64,000 nucleotides of DNA from an uncultured bacterium (GTDB taxonomy: Bacteria > Babelota > Babeliae > Babelales > RVW-14): assembly GCA_963759805.1 (NCBI GenBank), contig CAVXAT010000004.1:1-64000 (forward strand), written 5' to 3'. The notes below the pieces were generated by a model, which was given only the letters and a program-made list of their open reading frames with translations, ran no database searches and was not told where the DNA came from. Shown here piece by piece: positions 9,054 to 19,118 of the stretch. Position numbers and translations under genes: made by a program. Within the stretch, counting starts at the first letter, position 1. The number at the start of each line of letters is the position of its first letter.

Positions 9054-11165
9054 CTATTTATTTCCATGTGGCGCCCAATAACTAGCAGCGGCAATTCCTT
9101 CTTTTTGTGTTTCTTCCAACCCAATCTTTTTAGCGGTAATATTGCTAAGCTTTTTTACTTCGTTTGCTTGTTTTTCAAAGGATGTTTTTAATTTTTCATT
9201 TAAGTCATTTATTTTTTTAGTTAGAGCTTGTTTTTTAGATTCTGTAAGTGTAGAACTTTCGAGTTGTCCTGAATATTTTTTTATGTCGGATTTCAATTTA
9301 CTAAGCGTCTTTGCCATTTTTTTATTTATTTTCTCCTGAGCAGCAATTTGTTTGTTGGTTTCCTTCAATTTAGTGGTTGCTGTTTTTACTGATTGATTTG
9401 CTTCGTTGATGAGATCTTGCGGTTTTTTACCTTCTAATAAAGTGTTTAATTTTTTGGTTGTGCTATCTAATTCAGTCTTTGCTGCTGTGATTTTGCTATT
9501 TGTATCGCTTAGTTCTTGTGTTTTTGTTTTTAATTCGTTTTGTAACTCTTTGTTGACAGGATCTGTTACAAGGCCTTTTTTTAGGGCGTCTATTGCTATC
9601 TGTATGGGTTTGAGCTTTATTTCTCCTGCCCCAATTTTACCTTCTAATGTCACTTCTTTAGTTGTAAGTTCTTGATGTATATCGGTAATTTGTTTAGGGA
9701 GATCTCCAGCTGCTTCAACATTCCCTTTAGCAATCTGTGATTTAGTCATTTCATAAGATTTAGTAAGAGTATCTAATCTTGTGGATCCAAGGGTCTCCAG
9801 TTTTTGGTTTGCATCTCCAAGTTCTACTTGTACCTGGTTTTCATTATTTGTTGCCTTTTTTAATTTTGCGTTTGCTTCAGCAAGTCTTTCTTCAGCAGTT
9901 TTGGCTGTCTCACTCTTTGGATCGAGGGTTGCTAATTCTTTTTTGATTTTTTCATATGCAGCCTTACAGATTTCTTTTTCTTGTGCTGCTTTATTTGATT
10001 TGTTCATTGTTTTAAGAGCTTCGGTTTGCGCTTCTTTAATTTGGCTATCTAGCGTAGTTATTTTGGTCTTTAACGTAGTAGGCGTTTCTTTAGTCTGAGA
10101 TGAAGTTTTCTGTGTTTGGGGTTTTTGCTCTGGTTCTTGGCTTACAACAGTTCTGGCAACAGTTCCATCTGGTTTAGTCTTTGCAGCTCTATCAGGGATA
10201 GCAGGCAAAGGTTTTGAGGGAGGTTCATGCATTTTAGCGGGTTCAGTTTTTGGTTGAGCAACTTCGCTGACAACTTTAGTGCTTTGACCTACGCCAGGTT
10301 CTTCAGGTTTACTTGGGCCTACTCCACGTTCTTCTGATAGACCAATTTCTTCCGGTGTTACTGGTTTTGTTTCAATGGGTTTAATTTGGGAGGTGGATTC
10401 CTCTGGCAATCTTATAAGTTCAGTAGGGAGTTCAACTGGAACTGATGGAACTGATACGTTTGTTGGTTTTGCAACCTCAAAGACAGGCTCTAGTAGTTTA
10501 GCTTCGGATTTGGGGGCTTCGAGAGATTCTCCTGGCGCTTGTGGTGTTCCAGCCGGAGCTGCAGTATTTTTTTGAGTTGCTTTAGTTGTAACGTCTTGTA
10601 CAAATTCGCTAAATGCCTTTTCATGTACTGATGGTTCCGGAGTTGATAACGAGACCCCTTTATCTATAGGTGTAAACTTTGGGGCTTCTGTCGCAGGTCC
10701 TGAGGGTATTTTTGGTCCATGTTCACTCCCTGGTGCTTGTGGCGGTGCAACCAATTTTGGAACTTCTTTTCCTATTCCAATTGGTAGAAACTTAGCCGTT
10801 TTCTCTTTTGTTATTTCTTGAGCTGCAGCCTTTTCTCGAACATCGAGAGGATGTGGAATGTTTTGCGTAGCTTCAATGTATGGTTGAGCTTGTTTCTTTT
10901 CGCTCTCTAATGGTGCTTCATATCCTATCGTAGGTTTTGGGGTAATAGATTCCACCGGCCTCTTTACTGTAGCTTCAAATCCTTTGGGAACGGTCAATGC
11001 GGCTGGTTTTTCCATTGGTTTTGCGGATGTTTCTGGTCTCGAGGTCTGTTTGGGAGATTCGTAGATATGCTCGGGCATTCTTTCTCTTGGAAATTCAGCC
11101 CACACACGGGAGCCACTTAATAATGTCATAATCAAAATGGCTCTAATAAAAAATATATTTTTCAT
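9054..11165 (-). CDS. Secreted P/E/K/T-rich protein with a C-terminal coiled coil
   Basis: Likely start MKNIFFIRAIL at 11165 (GAGG RBS); signal peptide, disordered middle, heptad-rich C-half. Confidence 0.75.
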   Translation of the reverse strand: MKNIFFIRAILIMTLLSGSRVWAEFPRERMPEHIYESPKQTSRPETSAKPMEKPAALTVPKGFEATVKRPVESITPKPTIGYEAPLESEKKQAQPYIEATQNIPHPLDVREKAAAQEITKEKTAKFLPIGIGKEVPKLVAPPQAPGSEHGPKIPSGPATEAPKFTPIDKGVSLSTPEPSVHEKAFSEFVQDVTTKATQKNTAAPAGTPQAPGESLEAPKSEAKLLEPVFEVAKPTNVSVPSVPVELPTELIRLPEESTSQIKPIETKPVTPEEIGLSEERGVGPSKPEEPGVGQSTKVVSEVAQPKTEPAKMHEPPSKPLPAIPDRAAKTKPDGTVARTVVSQEPEQKPQTQKTSSQTKETPTTLKTKITTLDSQIKEAQTEALKTMNKSNKAAQEKEICKAAYEKIKKELATLDPKSETAKTAEERLAEANAKLKKATNNENQVQVELGDANQKLETLGSTRLDTLTKSYEMTKSQIAKGNVEAAGDLPKQITDIHQELTTKEVTLEGKIGAGEIKLKPIQIAIDALKKGLVTDPVNKELQNELKTKTQELSDTNSKITAAKTELDSTTKKLNTLLEGKKPQDLINEANQSVKTATTKLKETNKQIAAQEKINKKMAKTLSKLKSDIKKYSGQLESSTLTESKKQALTKKINDLNEKLKTSFEKQANEVKKLSNITAKKIGLEETQKEGIAAASYWAPHGNK

Positions 11166-11186
11166 AACGGTTGGTCCTCTCTTTTT

Positions 11187-11222
11187 TAACACAGATATTT
11201 GGACATCCAAATATCTGTGTTA
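11187..11222. promoter_or_regulatory. Perfect 17-bp inverted repeat between two co-oriented genes
   Basis: taacacagatatttgga-ca-tccaaatatctgtgtta. Confidence 0.6.
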
Positions 11223-11233
11223 TTTACCATTTA

Positions 11234-14056
11234 TTACTTTGCTTTTATTCCAAGAAACTCGGGTGAAAAGCCTAAAGCATCACTAAACGACTCGTATTCG
11301 CTTGCTATAATGCTATCTACATATTTACTGTTTTTCCTCAAATCTGCTAATCTCTTTTTAATTAATTCTGCAGGAGTTTGTGTTGATTTGTCATCTTGTG
11401 CCACTGGTAGATACACGGCAAACATGCATCTAAATTTGATTTGATCTGCAACAAGAGACTTGGATGCATCATTTATATCTGTCATTGCTTTTTCATATGC
11501 ATCTTCTAGTTGAGCATTACTTGGATCAGCTTTTAATTTGAGTATGGTGTTAGTAAGATTTGTTTGTGCTTGAATTAATTTTAAGCTTGATTTGTTACAG
11601 ATTTTAGAAAATTCTTGATCAGGATTAATTGCTGAATCTTTACCATCTGCCATTCGTAGGGTTACACTTCCTTTTGCTGCACTTAAAATCTGATTTGCTT
11701 GCAGTGTTTCGCTTAAACATCTGAAAAATATAGATTGTAGTGCATACTTAGTTGCGTTTTTACCAAGCAGAACGTTGGAATATAAATAACCTTTATCACC
11801 TTTAATTTTTGCGTAATATATTTTAGAAAAATTTTTAAACAAAATTTTTAAGACATCGTTCAATGACACATTCTTGCTGTAAATTTTTGTTGATATTTCA
11901 AACTCCGGTTTTTTTGTTAGAACAGTGATCTCTTCTTTTCCGTCTCTAACATCTTTAACCTTTTTCAAAAGAGTTTCAATTTTTGCTACCGTTGTTTTGT
12001 CAATTTTTGCTTTTACCATGCTTTTTTTCACATCCGTTAACATTGAAATGAGTTGGTCTAAATGTAGCCATAAATCTCTGCCTGTTTTAGGCGGGCATTC
12101 AGACAGATGTTTTTGCAGGGAATAAATTAAAATGTGTTTTTCCGTATGCGTCATATCTTTCTTAATAGCCGGAGTAATTTTTTCTTTTATGAACTTTGTT
12201 ATCTTGAGATAATCTTTGAGCTTTTGCGCCTCGCCTATTTGTTTAATTAACACGGTGTCTTCCGGATCGCTTACATTGTAAACCAGGTCTCCGTAAATTT
12301 TAAGTGATATGGCGCCAATAATTTGTTGGAATTTCTCAGGCATTTTTGATATGAGTATGTCAGGAGTTGGGTCTTGAGTTGGTGTTAAAATTAATCGGGA
12401 GTAAAGTTTGGTTGCTTCATCAATTATAAAATTAATTTTTTCGACATCTTTTTTAGAGTTATCTCTTAATGTTGTGTTAACGAGCAAGATAATTTTTATC
12501 ATGAAAATAAAGCCGGCAGTCGGTTGTATCAAAGTAGCAAATAATTCCCTTGCAGGTCCGTCTGGTAAAAGATTTTTAATTTCATCTGAATTTAATGCAA
12601 TTCCGTTAATCCCTTGAGGAATCATTGTGACTAAAAATGGGGTAAATGGTGAGCCCAGTTCTCCCGCATCTCCTTTTACAAAGTCATATTCAAGGCGGAT
12701 TGTTTCGGTTGAATCTCCAATTTTGGCTTCTCCTTCGATTACAAATTTTTGATCGGAGTAATTGGATTCTTCCAACGCTTTTGCAAATTTTTCTTCAATA
12801 TCTGTGTAAAAGCTTGCAACATTTGCAACCACTTGTTGATGGTCAGGGTCGTCTTGTGGAGCGGGAGGGTAAGGAGAAGGTATAACCACACCTGAATCAG
12901 GTTGAATGTTCGGTATTGGGGATGGAATTGGCGTTGGGGATGGCGTTGGAGAAGGCACTATGTCCGTTTGAGCGGCCGTTTGCCCAGAATCTTTATTTAA
13001 AGTTGCGCCAAGTATTGCACCCAATATTCCGCCCAAAGCCAAGAGTCCTGCGCCGATTGCGCCTCCCGCAATCAATAGTTTTTTATTTTTTTCTAAAAAA
13101 CTTTGAGATTGTTCTTTTGGGGTTTCTGTAGATTTAAGCGCTTTGGTTAATTCGTTTAAACTTTCGACGACATTGTGTCCTGCGGCTAAAACTGGTTCAA
13201 TTGTGCCTGTTGGTGTTTTTTCTTTTGGTACTTGTACTGTGATTGGGGGTTTTGCGGCTTCCAGTTGTTGGGGCTCTAACAGTTTGGATACTGCTTCGTT
13301 AACTTTTAATGCTTTGTCTCTTATTCGTGTTTCCTCGGCAGGCAATTCAGCGGGTTTTAAGCTAGATGCCTGTTTGACTTTTTGTTCTTCTATGATTACA
13401 GGGATTTGTTTTTGCTCTTCAACGGTGGTTGTTGTGGAAGTTCTTCTTGCGGCTTCGGTTTCTAATTGCTCTTTATTTGCGGTTTTGAGCATGTCAGTTG
13501 CTTGCTTAAATGCTTCTCCAACATTTACGGCGCTTTCTCTTATTGGCGTTAGCTCTGCAGGAAGTTTAGTTGCTTCGCCAAGAGGCTTCCCCTCTTTTAC
13601 TTCTAACGGTTTAAATGAGGGTTTTACAGCAGCTACTGCTGGTGCATGAGAGGTTGTTGTAGCAGGTTGAGCAGTGCCAGGTTGGGTTTCAGGTTTTGGC
13701 GTTTCAGATTTTGGAGCGGTCGAAGTTGGTTGTGCTTTAGCTTGTTCAGCTAATCTTTCTTGTACCCTTTCTTCGGCGGGCGTTTTTGCTTCTGCGACTG
13801 GGCGTTCTTCTTGTTGATATTCTGGAGTGCGTGCCTTTTCGGCTAGATGTTGTTCTGGTGCTGCAATTTGATGAACAGGATGAACTTCGAGGGGCTTGAG
13901 GGCTTCATGCTCGACAGCACGTATGGGTTCAATTGGCCGTTCCATTCGCTCCGGTCGCGGTTCTCGTAATAGGTGCGGTTCTGCTCCCCAGATATTCGAA
14001 TATCCTAAAAATATAGCCACAGTCAAAATGGCCCTAATTAGAAATTTATTTTTCAT
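11234..14056 (-). CDS. Large exported protein with a central Gly/Ala-rich hydrophobic segment and a Pro-rich linker
   Basis: Signal MKNKFLIRAILTVAIFLG; LLIAGGAIGAGLLALGGILGAILGATL; PSPTPSPTPIPSPIP. Confidence 0.8.
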   Translation of the reverse strand: MKNKFLIRAILTVAIFLGYSNIWGAEPHLLREPRPERMERPIEPIRAVEHEALKPLEVHPVHQIAAPEQHLAEKARTPEYQQEERPVAEAKTPAEERVQERLAEQAKAQPTSTAPKSETPKPETQPGTAQPATTTSHAPAVAAVKPSFKPLEVKEGKPLGEATKLPAELTPIRESAVNVGEAFKQATDMLKTANKEQLETEAARRTSTTTTVEEQKQIPVIIEEQKVKQASSLKPAELPAEETRIRDKALKVNEAVSKLLEPQQLEAAKPPITVQVPKEKTPTGTIEPVLAAGHNVVESLNELTKALKSTETPKEQSQSFLEKNKKLLIAGGAIGAGLLALGGILGAILGATLNKDSGQTAAQTDIVPSPTPSPTPIPSPIPNIQPDSGVVIPSPYPPAPQDDPDHQQVVANVASFYTDIEEKFAKALEESNYSDQKFVIEGEAKIGDSTETIRLEYDFVKGDAGELGSPFTPFLVTMIPQGINGIALNSDEIKNLLPDGPARELFATLIQPTAGFIFMIKIILLVNTTLRDNSKKDVEKINFIIDEATKLYSRLILTPTQDPTPDILISKMPEKFQQIIGAISLKIYGDLVYNVSDPEDTVLIKQIGEAQKLKDYLKITKFIKEKITPAIKKDMTHTEKHILIYSLQKHLSECPPKTGRDLWLHLDQLISMLTDVKKSMVKAKIDKTTVAKIETLLKKVKDVRDGKEEITVLTKKPEFEISTKIYSKNVSLNDVLKILFKNFSKIYYAKIKGDKGYLYSNVLLGKNATKYALQSIFFRCLSETLQANQILSAAKGSVTLRMADGKDSAINPDQEFSKICNKSSLKLIQAQTNLTNTILKLKADPSNAQLEDAYEKAMTDINDASKSLVADQIKFRCMFAVYLPVAQDDKSTQTPAELIKKRLADLRKNSKYVDSIIASEYESFSDALGFSPEFLGIKAK

Positions 14057-14262
14057 AACGACAAACCCTTTCCTCTTAGTTAAAAAACTACTTACTTTTT
14101 GTAACTTAGCACAAATTACGCTGCGAATATGAGTTTTTTAAAAAAATAAAGATTTTATCTACGCCTTAGCCCAAATCTATGTTATCAAAATATTGCTGTA
14201 CTATCTTTGCTTTGCTAAGCTTCATTCAATCTGGATATTTTTAAACAAGGATTGCTCATTAA

Positions 14263-14353
14263 TCCATGGATCCTGAAACGAGTTCAGGATGACACAGGGC
14301 TCTGGTGAAAGCAATCTGACGCTTCGGCAGTTATGAACTAAATTCAGGATGAC
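14263..14353. repeat. Palindromic element family C (RPE-4-like), one full and one degenerate copy
   Basis: 35-bp tccatggatcctgaaacgagttcaggatgacacag identical to 56440-56474; partial copy tgaactaaattcaggatgac ending at 14353. Confidence 0.85.
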
Positions 14354-14379
14354 TTAAACTCGGAATTCGAGGAGTTGAG

Positions 14380-16089
14380 ATGTTAAAAAAGAAAGTAGGC
14401 GAAATTCTTGTTGAGCTTAATTTGATTACCCAAGATCAATTAAAAGATTGTTTAGAAGAACAAAAAACCAGCGGGAAAAATTTAAGCCAAATTTTGCTGG
14501 AACGAAAACTTGTTTCCAATGTCGACCTTGCAAGAGCTCTGGCCAAAGAGGTATCTGTTCCATTTATTGAGCGTATCACTGAGCAGATGGCTGACGCAAC
14601 GCTCCTTGGCAAAGTACCTTTGAAATTTTTGCGTCAACACTTCGTTATCCCAATAATGTTTGAAGGTCGTAAGACAATTGTTACAGCAAACCCACGTGAT
14701 TTGCAGCCACTAGATGATTTATCCCTACTTTTGGGTGGCGAGGTTAATTATGCGGTTACCGTTGAAGAGGTTATAAATGAGGCCATAAATCGCTATTATC
14801 CGCTGGAGAGTAGCAAGGAGATGATGGAGGAGCTTTCTGAGGGAGAGAAGGCGGAGGAACTTGAATTTGATGTTGGGGCACTTGATGAAAAAGATATAAT
14901 GCAGCAAGCCAATGAAGCTCCAATTGTTAAGCTTGTTAACCACCTAATTGTTCAGGCCGTTAAAGAAGACGCATCTGATATTCACATTGAACCGTTTGAA
15001 AAAGAGCTCAGTGTTCGTTATAGAATTGATGGCGAGATGTACCAGCGCGTTATCCCACCTAAACGATATCAAAGTGCAATTGTTTCGCGAATAAAAATTA
15101 TGGCGAATTTAAATATTGCTGAAAAACGTATTCCACAGGATGGAGCAATTCAGATAAAAGTCGGAGACAAACCACTCGATGTTCGTGTATCTATACTCCC
15201 ATGTAGCTTTGGAGAGCGAGTTGAAATGCGTCTCTTGGATAAATCTCGTGGCGCTGTGGAGTTTGATAAGATTAATTTAAATCCGCGGGATTTTGCTCTT
15301 TTGAAAAAAAATATCGAAAGACCAAATGGTATAATTCTGGTCAGTGGTCCGACCGGATCAGGTAAAACCACAACGCTGTATTCGATTTTAAGTAGATTAA
15401 ATCGCTCGAATGTTACAATAATTACAGTTGAAGATCCTGTTGAATACACCATTCATGGAATTAGTCAGGTGCAGGTTAACGAAAAAGCCGGGCTCACATT
15501 TGCATCCTCCTTACGCTCAATTTTACGACAGGATCCGGACATTGTGCTGATCGGAGAAATTCGTGATTCAGAAACCGCTAAAATAGCAACTCAAGCAGCC
15601 CTGACCGGACATCTTGTTTTAAGTACAATTCATACAATCAGTGCTCCTGCTACAATTACTCGATTGATTGATATGGGTGTTGAGCCCTTTTTGATTGCAT
15701 CGTCTTTGATCTGTGTTGTTTCTCAACGCTTGGTAAGACGTTTGTGTGATAAGTGTAAACAGAAGTATGAGCCCGAGGCCGGAATGTTTGGGCGGCTTGG
15801 GTTAAGCGCGCAGGATGCCAAGAAAATTACATTTTATAAAGCTGTTGGGTGTGCCGAGTGTTTGAATACCGGATACAAAGGCCGAATGGCTATTTTTGAA
15901 ATTATGGAAATTAATGATGAGATTGCAAAACTTATTGTTCAACGTGCAGATGCTTCGGTTATTCGACAAAAGGCATTACAGCAGGGTTTTACTTTACTGG
16001 GAGCCGATGGCGTTCGAATGATTATTGCCGGTGCTACTTCAATTGAAGAGGTGTTATCAGTGGCTTATGTTGAGGGGGTTGTGGAGTGA
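14380..16089 (+). CDS. pilB: Type IV pilus/T2SS assembly ATPase (PilB/GspE)
   Basis: ASDIHIEP, GPTGSGKTTT, TVEDPVE, LRQDPDIVLIGEIRD, TGHLVLSTIH, CxxC...CxxC. Confidence 0.93.
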   Translation: MLKKKVGEILVELNLITQDQLKDCLEEQKTSGKNLSQILLERKLVSNVDLARALAKEVSVPFIERITEQMADATLLGKVPLKFLRQHFVIPIMFEGRKTIVTANPRDLQPLDDLSLLLGGEVNYAVTVEEVINEAINRYYPLESSKEMMEELSEGEKAEELEFDVGALDEKDIMQQANEAPIVKLVNHLIVQAVKEDASDIHIEPFEKELSVRYRIDGEMYQRVIPPKRYQSAIVSRIKIMANLNIAEKRIPQDGAIQIKVGDKPLDVRVSILPCSFGERVEMRLLDKSRGAVEFDKINLNPRDFALLKKNIERPNGIILVSGPTGSGKTTTLYSILSRLNRSNVTIITVEDPVEYTIHGISQVQVNEKAGLTFASSLRSILRQDPDIVLIGEIRDSETAKIATQAALTGHLVLSTIHTISAPATITRLIDMGVEPFLIASSLICVVSQRLVRRLCDKCKQKYEPEAGMFGRLGLSAQDAKKITFYKAVGCAECLNTGYKGRMAIFEIMEINDEIAKLIVQRADASVIRQKALQQGFTLLGADGVRMIIAGATSIEEVLSVAYVEGVVE

Positions 16090-16120
16090 AGTGTTTTACG
16101 CGAAACTAAAAAAAGAATAA

Positions 16121-16246
16121 GCGTCCCTCGATACAATTTACTTCGCAAATCACTCGGGATGAGCGGGGTAGACAGGCCCGCTCGTGGTGAGTGCGCACGT
16201 AGTGCGCGTATCGAACCATCGCCCAAAGGGCGGCGGGCAGAGTTTT
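16121..16246 (-). repeat. Palindromic element family A, expanded copy in reverse orientation
   Basis: Same scaffold as the reverse complement of the prs copy, with extra hairpins inserted in both arms. Confidence 0.8.
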
Positions 16247-16382
16247 AGGAGATGTCTGGTAAAATCCTTTTAATTTCAGCAAAAAACTCATTTATTTCAA
16301 AAATATTGAAATTTGAGTGGCCGACAAGTTATACAAGACTTGTGAATTTTAGTTGAACAAGTTTTGATGGGGGGGCCTTCAA

Positions 16383-16934
16383 ATGCCGTTTTGGTGCAAT
16401 GACACATTGGTAATTTCGTTAATTCGACAGACCTCAACGGTTCAACGATTTATCTCTTCTTTTATATTAATTTTTTTCCCAACTTTTTTTCTCTTTTTAT
16501 TTTTTTATCTTCCCTCAGCCTCCCAAATCAAAAAATTAAACGCCGATTACAATAATCTGTCGCAGCAAAAAGAGAAATTGGATCAAATTTATTCCCGATT
16601 AAAAATTTTTGAATTGGAAAATGATAAATTATTGGCACAGTTGAATTTAAAATTAAGAAAAAATAATCCGTCTGAATTTATGATGGATTTGATCCAGAAA
16701 CATAAACTATCCTGTTCCAGTATTAAACCAATCAAATTTAAGAAGAATAATTTGATTAAAAAGGACTATTTTACTGTTTGTGTGAAGGGACTGTTTAATG
16801 ATTGTCTTGAGTTGTTTGGGGATTTGAGTAAAAGTGATCAAATTATCAAGATTTGTGATCTTAAAATTTATAAGTGGAAAGAAAATAGAATTAAATTTGA
16901 TTTGGTGTTTAGATATGTATCGCTTGCAAGTTAA
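16383..16934 (+). CDS. PilO/GspM-like inner-membrane protein
   Basis: N-terminal TM, coiled coil, C-terminal VKGLFNDCLELFGDL ferredoxin-like pattern; upstream of a secretin. Confidence 0.6.
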   Translation: MPFWCNDTLVISLIRQTSTVQRFISSFILIFFPTFFLFLFFYLPSASQIKKLNADYNNLSQQKEKLDQIYSRLKIFELENDKLLAQLNLKLRKNNPSEFMMDLIQKHKLSCSSIKPIKFKKNNLIKKDYFTVCVKGLFNDCLELFGDLSKSDQIIKICDLKIYKWKENRIKFDLVFRYVSLAS

Positions 16935-17265
16935 ATGGTTGTTTTTACTATTATTTTTTGGGGATGGTCTATTTTGCGTAACCGGCAAAAGTAATGGGCT
17001 TGCCAAAAAAATTCTAAGAGACCCGTTTAATTTGCCATTAAAATCGTTGGCAAAATCTTCAACCAAAGAGCGCAGAGAGAACCGGATTAATCTTTTGGGA
17101 ATAGTCCACAGCGCTGTAGAATATGGGGCGGTACTTGAGCTTGATGGCAAAGTGGAGACAGTATTTTTAAATGATGATTTTTACGGATTCAAAATTTTAG
17201 CAATTAAAACTACCAGTGTTGAACTAAGCAGAGGGAAAATTAAGAAAAAGCTTTTTATTGAATGA
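16915..17265 (+). CDS. PilP/GspC-like protein
   Basis: RDPF motif, LLGIV...GAVL...GFKILAI...VEL; sits between pilO-like and pilQ. Confidence 0.6.
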   Translation: MYRLQVKWLFLLLFFGDGLFCVTGKSNGLAKKILRDPFNLPLKSLAKSSTKERRENRINLLGIVHSAVEYGAVLELDGKVETVFLNDDFYGFKILAIKTTSVELSRGKIKKKLFIE

Positions 17266-19006
17266 TCTTTATTTTGAAGGGGGAGTTGTGTTTTATCTCA
17301 TTTTTTTACTGCAATTAATTTTGAGTACAAGTTTGATTACAAATTTTTTATTTGCCGATAGTGTTGTTTTGCCAACCGAAAAATATGATACATTGCCCTT
17401 GCCTCCGATGATACATGATTTAATTAAACAAGAGTACAGTAAGCAGAAAGAGGATACTCTGAATAAAATTGAAGAAATTGTTAAAAAAGAGTTAAAAGAA
17501 GAAGAGGGCAATGAAAAACACACAGTAAAAAAAAGAAAAAAGAGTTCTGGAAATAAAACAAAAACAGGCGAAGGGGGTATTTCCAGAGCATCATCGAGTA
17601 ACGGTTTTTGGGATGCATTGAAAAATCCACAACTTGAAAGAGTATTGCGGACTTTGATTGATGATCAGTATAAAGATTTGGATAAATACGATAAAACTGT
17701 CTCTTTAAAGCTGAAGAATGTAGATATAAAAAAGGCTTTTGAGTTAATAAGTAAAACATCCGGAATTCAAATTTTCGTTGACAGTGATGTGCATGGTACG
17801 ATTGAAAATATCGATTTGAAAAATGTTCGAATCTCGTCAGCATTACGGTTACTGACAACGTCAAACAACCCTGTTCTTGCGGCATTGTGGGAAAATGAAG
17901 CAGTTCATATTGCAAAACTTTCAACAGCTGTTGAGTTACTCAAAACAAAAGCCATGGACCTCCTTGATAGTGATTATAAAAATGTATGCATAACAATTTA
18001 TCATGCGAAGTGGAATGAGGAGCTAAAGAAGCGCTTAACTGCACTCTGGAAAGGTATTGTCGGAGACGGAAATGACAAAAATTGTGCATATTTGGTTTTT
18101 GATGATGAAAGTAAAAAAATCCTGTGTCATGCTCGTCAAGCTCAAATCAATTCGTTCAAAGAGTTTATTAGCAAGATAGATATCGAAATTCCTCAGGTTA
18201 AAATTGATGCTCGAATTGTAATTGCCAGCAAAGACTTTGAGGAGGCTTTGGGGTTTGATTGGTCAGGATATTATGATAAACGTGGCATGGTAACACATTC
18301 TGAATTTGCTAGTTTTGGTGCGAAGAAAAATGATTCGGATGATGATGCGTTTAAAACGGCAGTTAATTGGGCTATGAATTTTGTTCCAGGTTTATCAATG
18401 AAATGTCTCCCAATTAGGCTGCCATTTATCTGGGGTAACAAAAATTTTGATAGCAACAGAGTAAATTTGATACTGCAGGCGGCAGAGAACAAAAATCAAA
18501 TTAGAACAATACTAAAACCGTCTTTACTTGTTAACAACGACGAATTGGCTGAGATTTTGGTTGGACAGCAGATGCCGCATGAGACAAAAATTGAAGAAAC
18601 AGTTGAGGGCCAGCCTTCAAATGTTACCACAACTCAGTATAAAGATATTGGAATGAACGTAAAAATTAAATCAATTATAGCGCCTGATAGAGATTCGGTG
18701 TTTATGGATGTTTTTGTAGAGTACTCATATATCGCCAGACCAAGAATCGAATTTGATACCTTGCCCGGTCCCGGGAGTAAAAATTTTAATTACATAATTG
18801 AAACATCGCGATCTAAAAATCGTGTTCTTCTAAAAAGTGGGCAAACTACAATGATTGGTGGGTTGATTGTAAATGTGGAAGAAAGGATACAGACAGGGGT
18901 TCCGTTTTTACAAGATATTCCCGTTCTGGGCTTTCTGTTTAAAGCTCGACGAAAGACAGTGATTGAAAAACAGCTTCTGATCTTTATTACGCCAACTATT
19001 TCTTGA
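17258..19006 (+). CDS. pilQ: Secretin (PilQ/GspD family)
   Basis: STN-like VSLKLKNVDIK; QVKIDARIV; LKSGQTTMIGGL; GVPFLQDIPVLGFLF; LLIFITP. Confidence 0.92.
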   Translation: MNDLYFEGGVVFYLIFLLQLILSTSLITNFLFADSVVLPTEKYDTLPLPPMIHDLIKQEYSKQKEDTLNKIEEIVKKELKEEEGNEKHTVKKRKKSSGNKTKTGEGGISRASSSNGFWDALKNPQLERVLRTLIDDQYKDLDKYDKTVSLKLKNVDIKKAFELISKTSGIQIFVDSDVHGTIENIDLKNVRISSALRLLTTSNNPVLAALWENEAVHIAKLSTAVELLKTKAMDLLDSDYKNVCITIYHAKWNEELKKRLTALWKGIVGDGNDKNCAYLVFDDESKKILCHARQAQINSFKEFISKIDIEIPQVKIDARIVIASKDFEEALGFDWSGYYDKRGMVTHSEFASFGAKKNDSDDDAFKTAVNWAMNFVPGLSMKCLPIRLPFIWGNKNFDSNRVNLILQAAENKNQIRTILKPSLLVNNDELAEILVGQQMPHETKIEETVEGQPSNVTTTQYKDIGMNVKIKSIIAPDRDSVFMDVFVEYSYIARPRIEFDTLPGPGSKNFNYIIETSRSKNRVLLKSGQTTMIGGLIVNVEERIQTGVPFLQDIPVLGFLFKARRKTVIEKQLLIFITPTIS

Positions 19007-19029
19007 TTTTTCTCAAATTTTTTTTGATA

Positions 19030-19058
19030 TTGACACCAAAGCGATTAACAGCTATGTT
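19030..19058 (+). promoter_or_regulatory. Sigma70-type promoter of the LRR gene
   Basis: TTGACA-17 nt-TATGTT. Confidence 0.6.
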
Positions 19059-19118
19059 ATCGGGATATTCACCAAAATTCTTATAATTTTTTTAATAATA
19101 TTTTTTAGGCGTTTATTT

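Noticed and set aside
16106..16291. 61-aa minus-strand ORF
   Set aside because: Spans the expanded family A element, opposite to the operon direction
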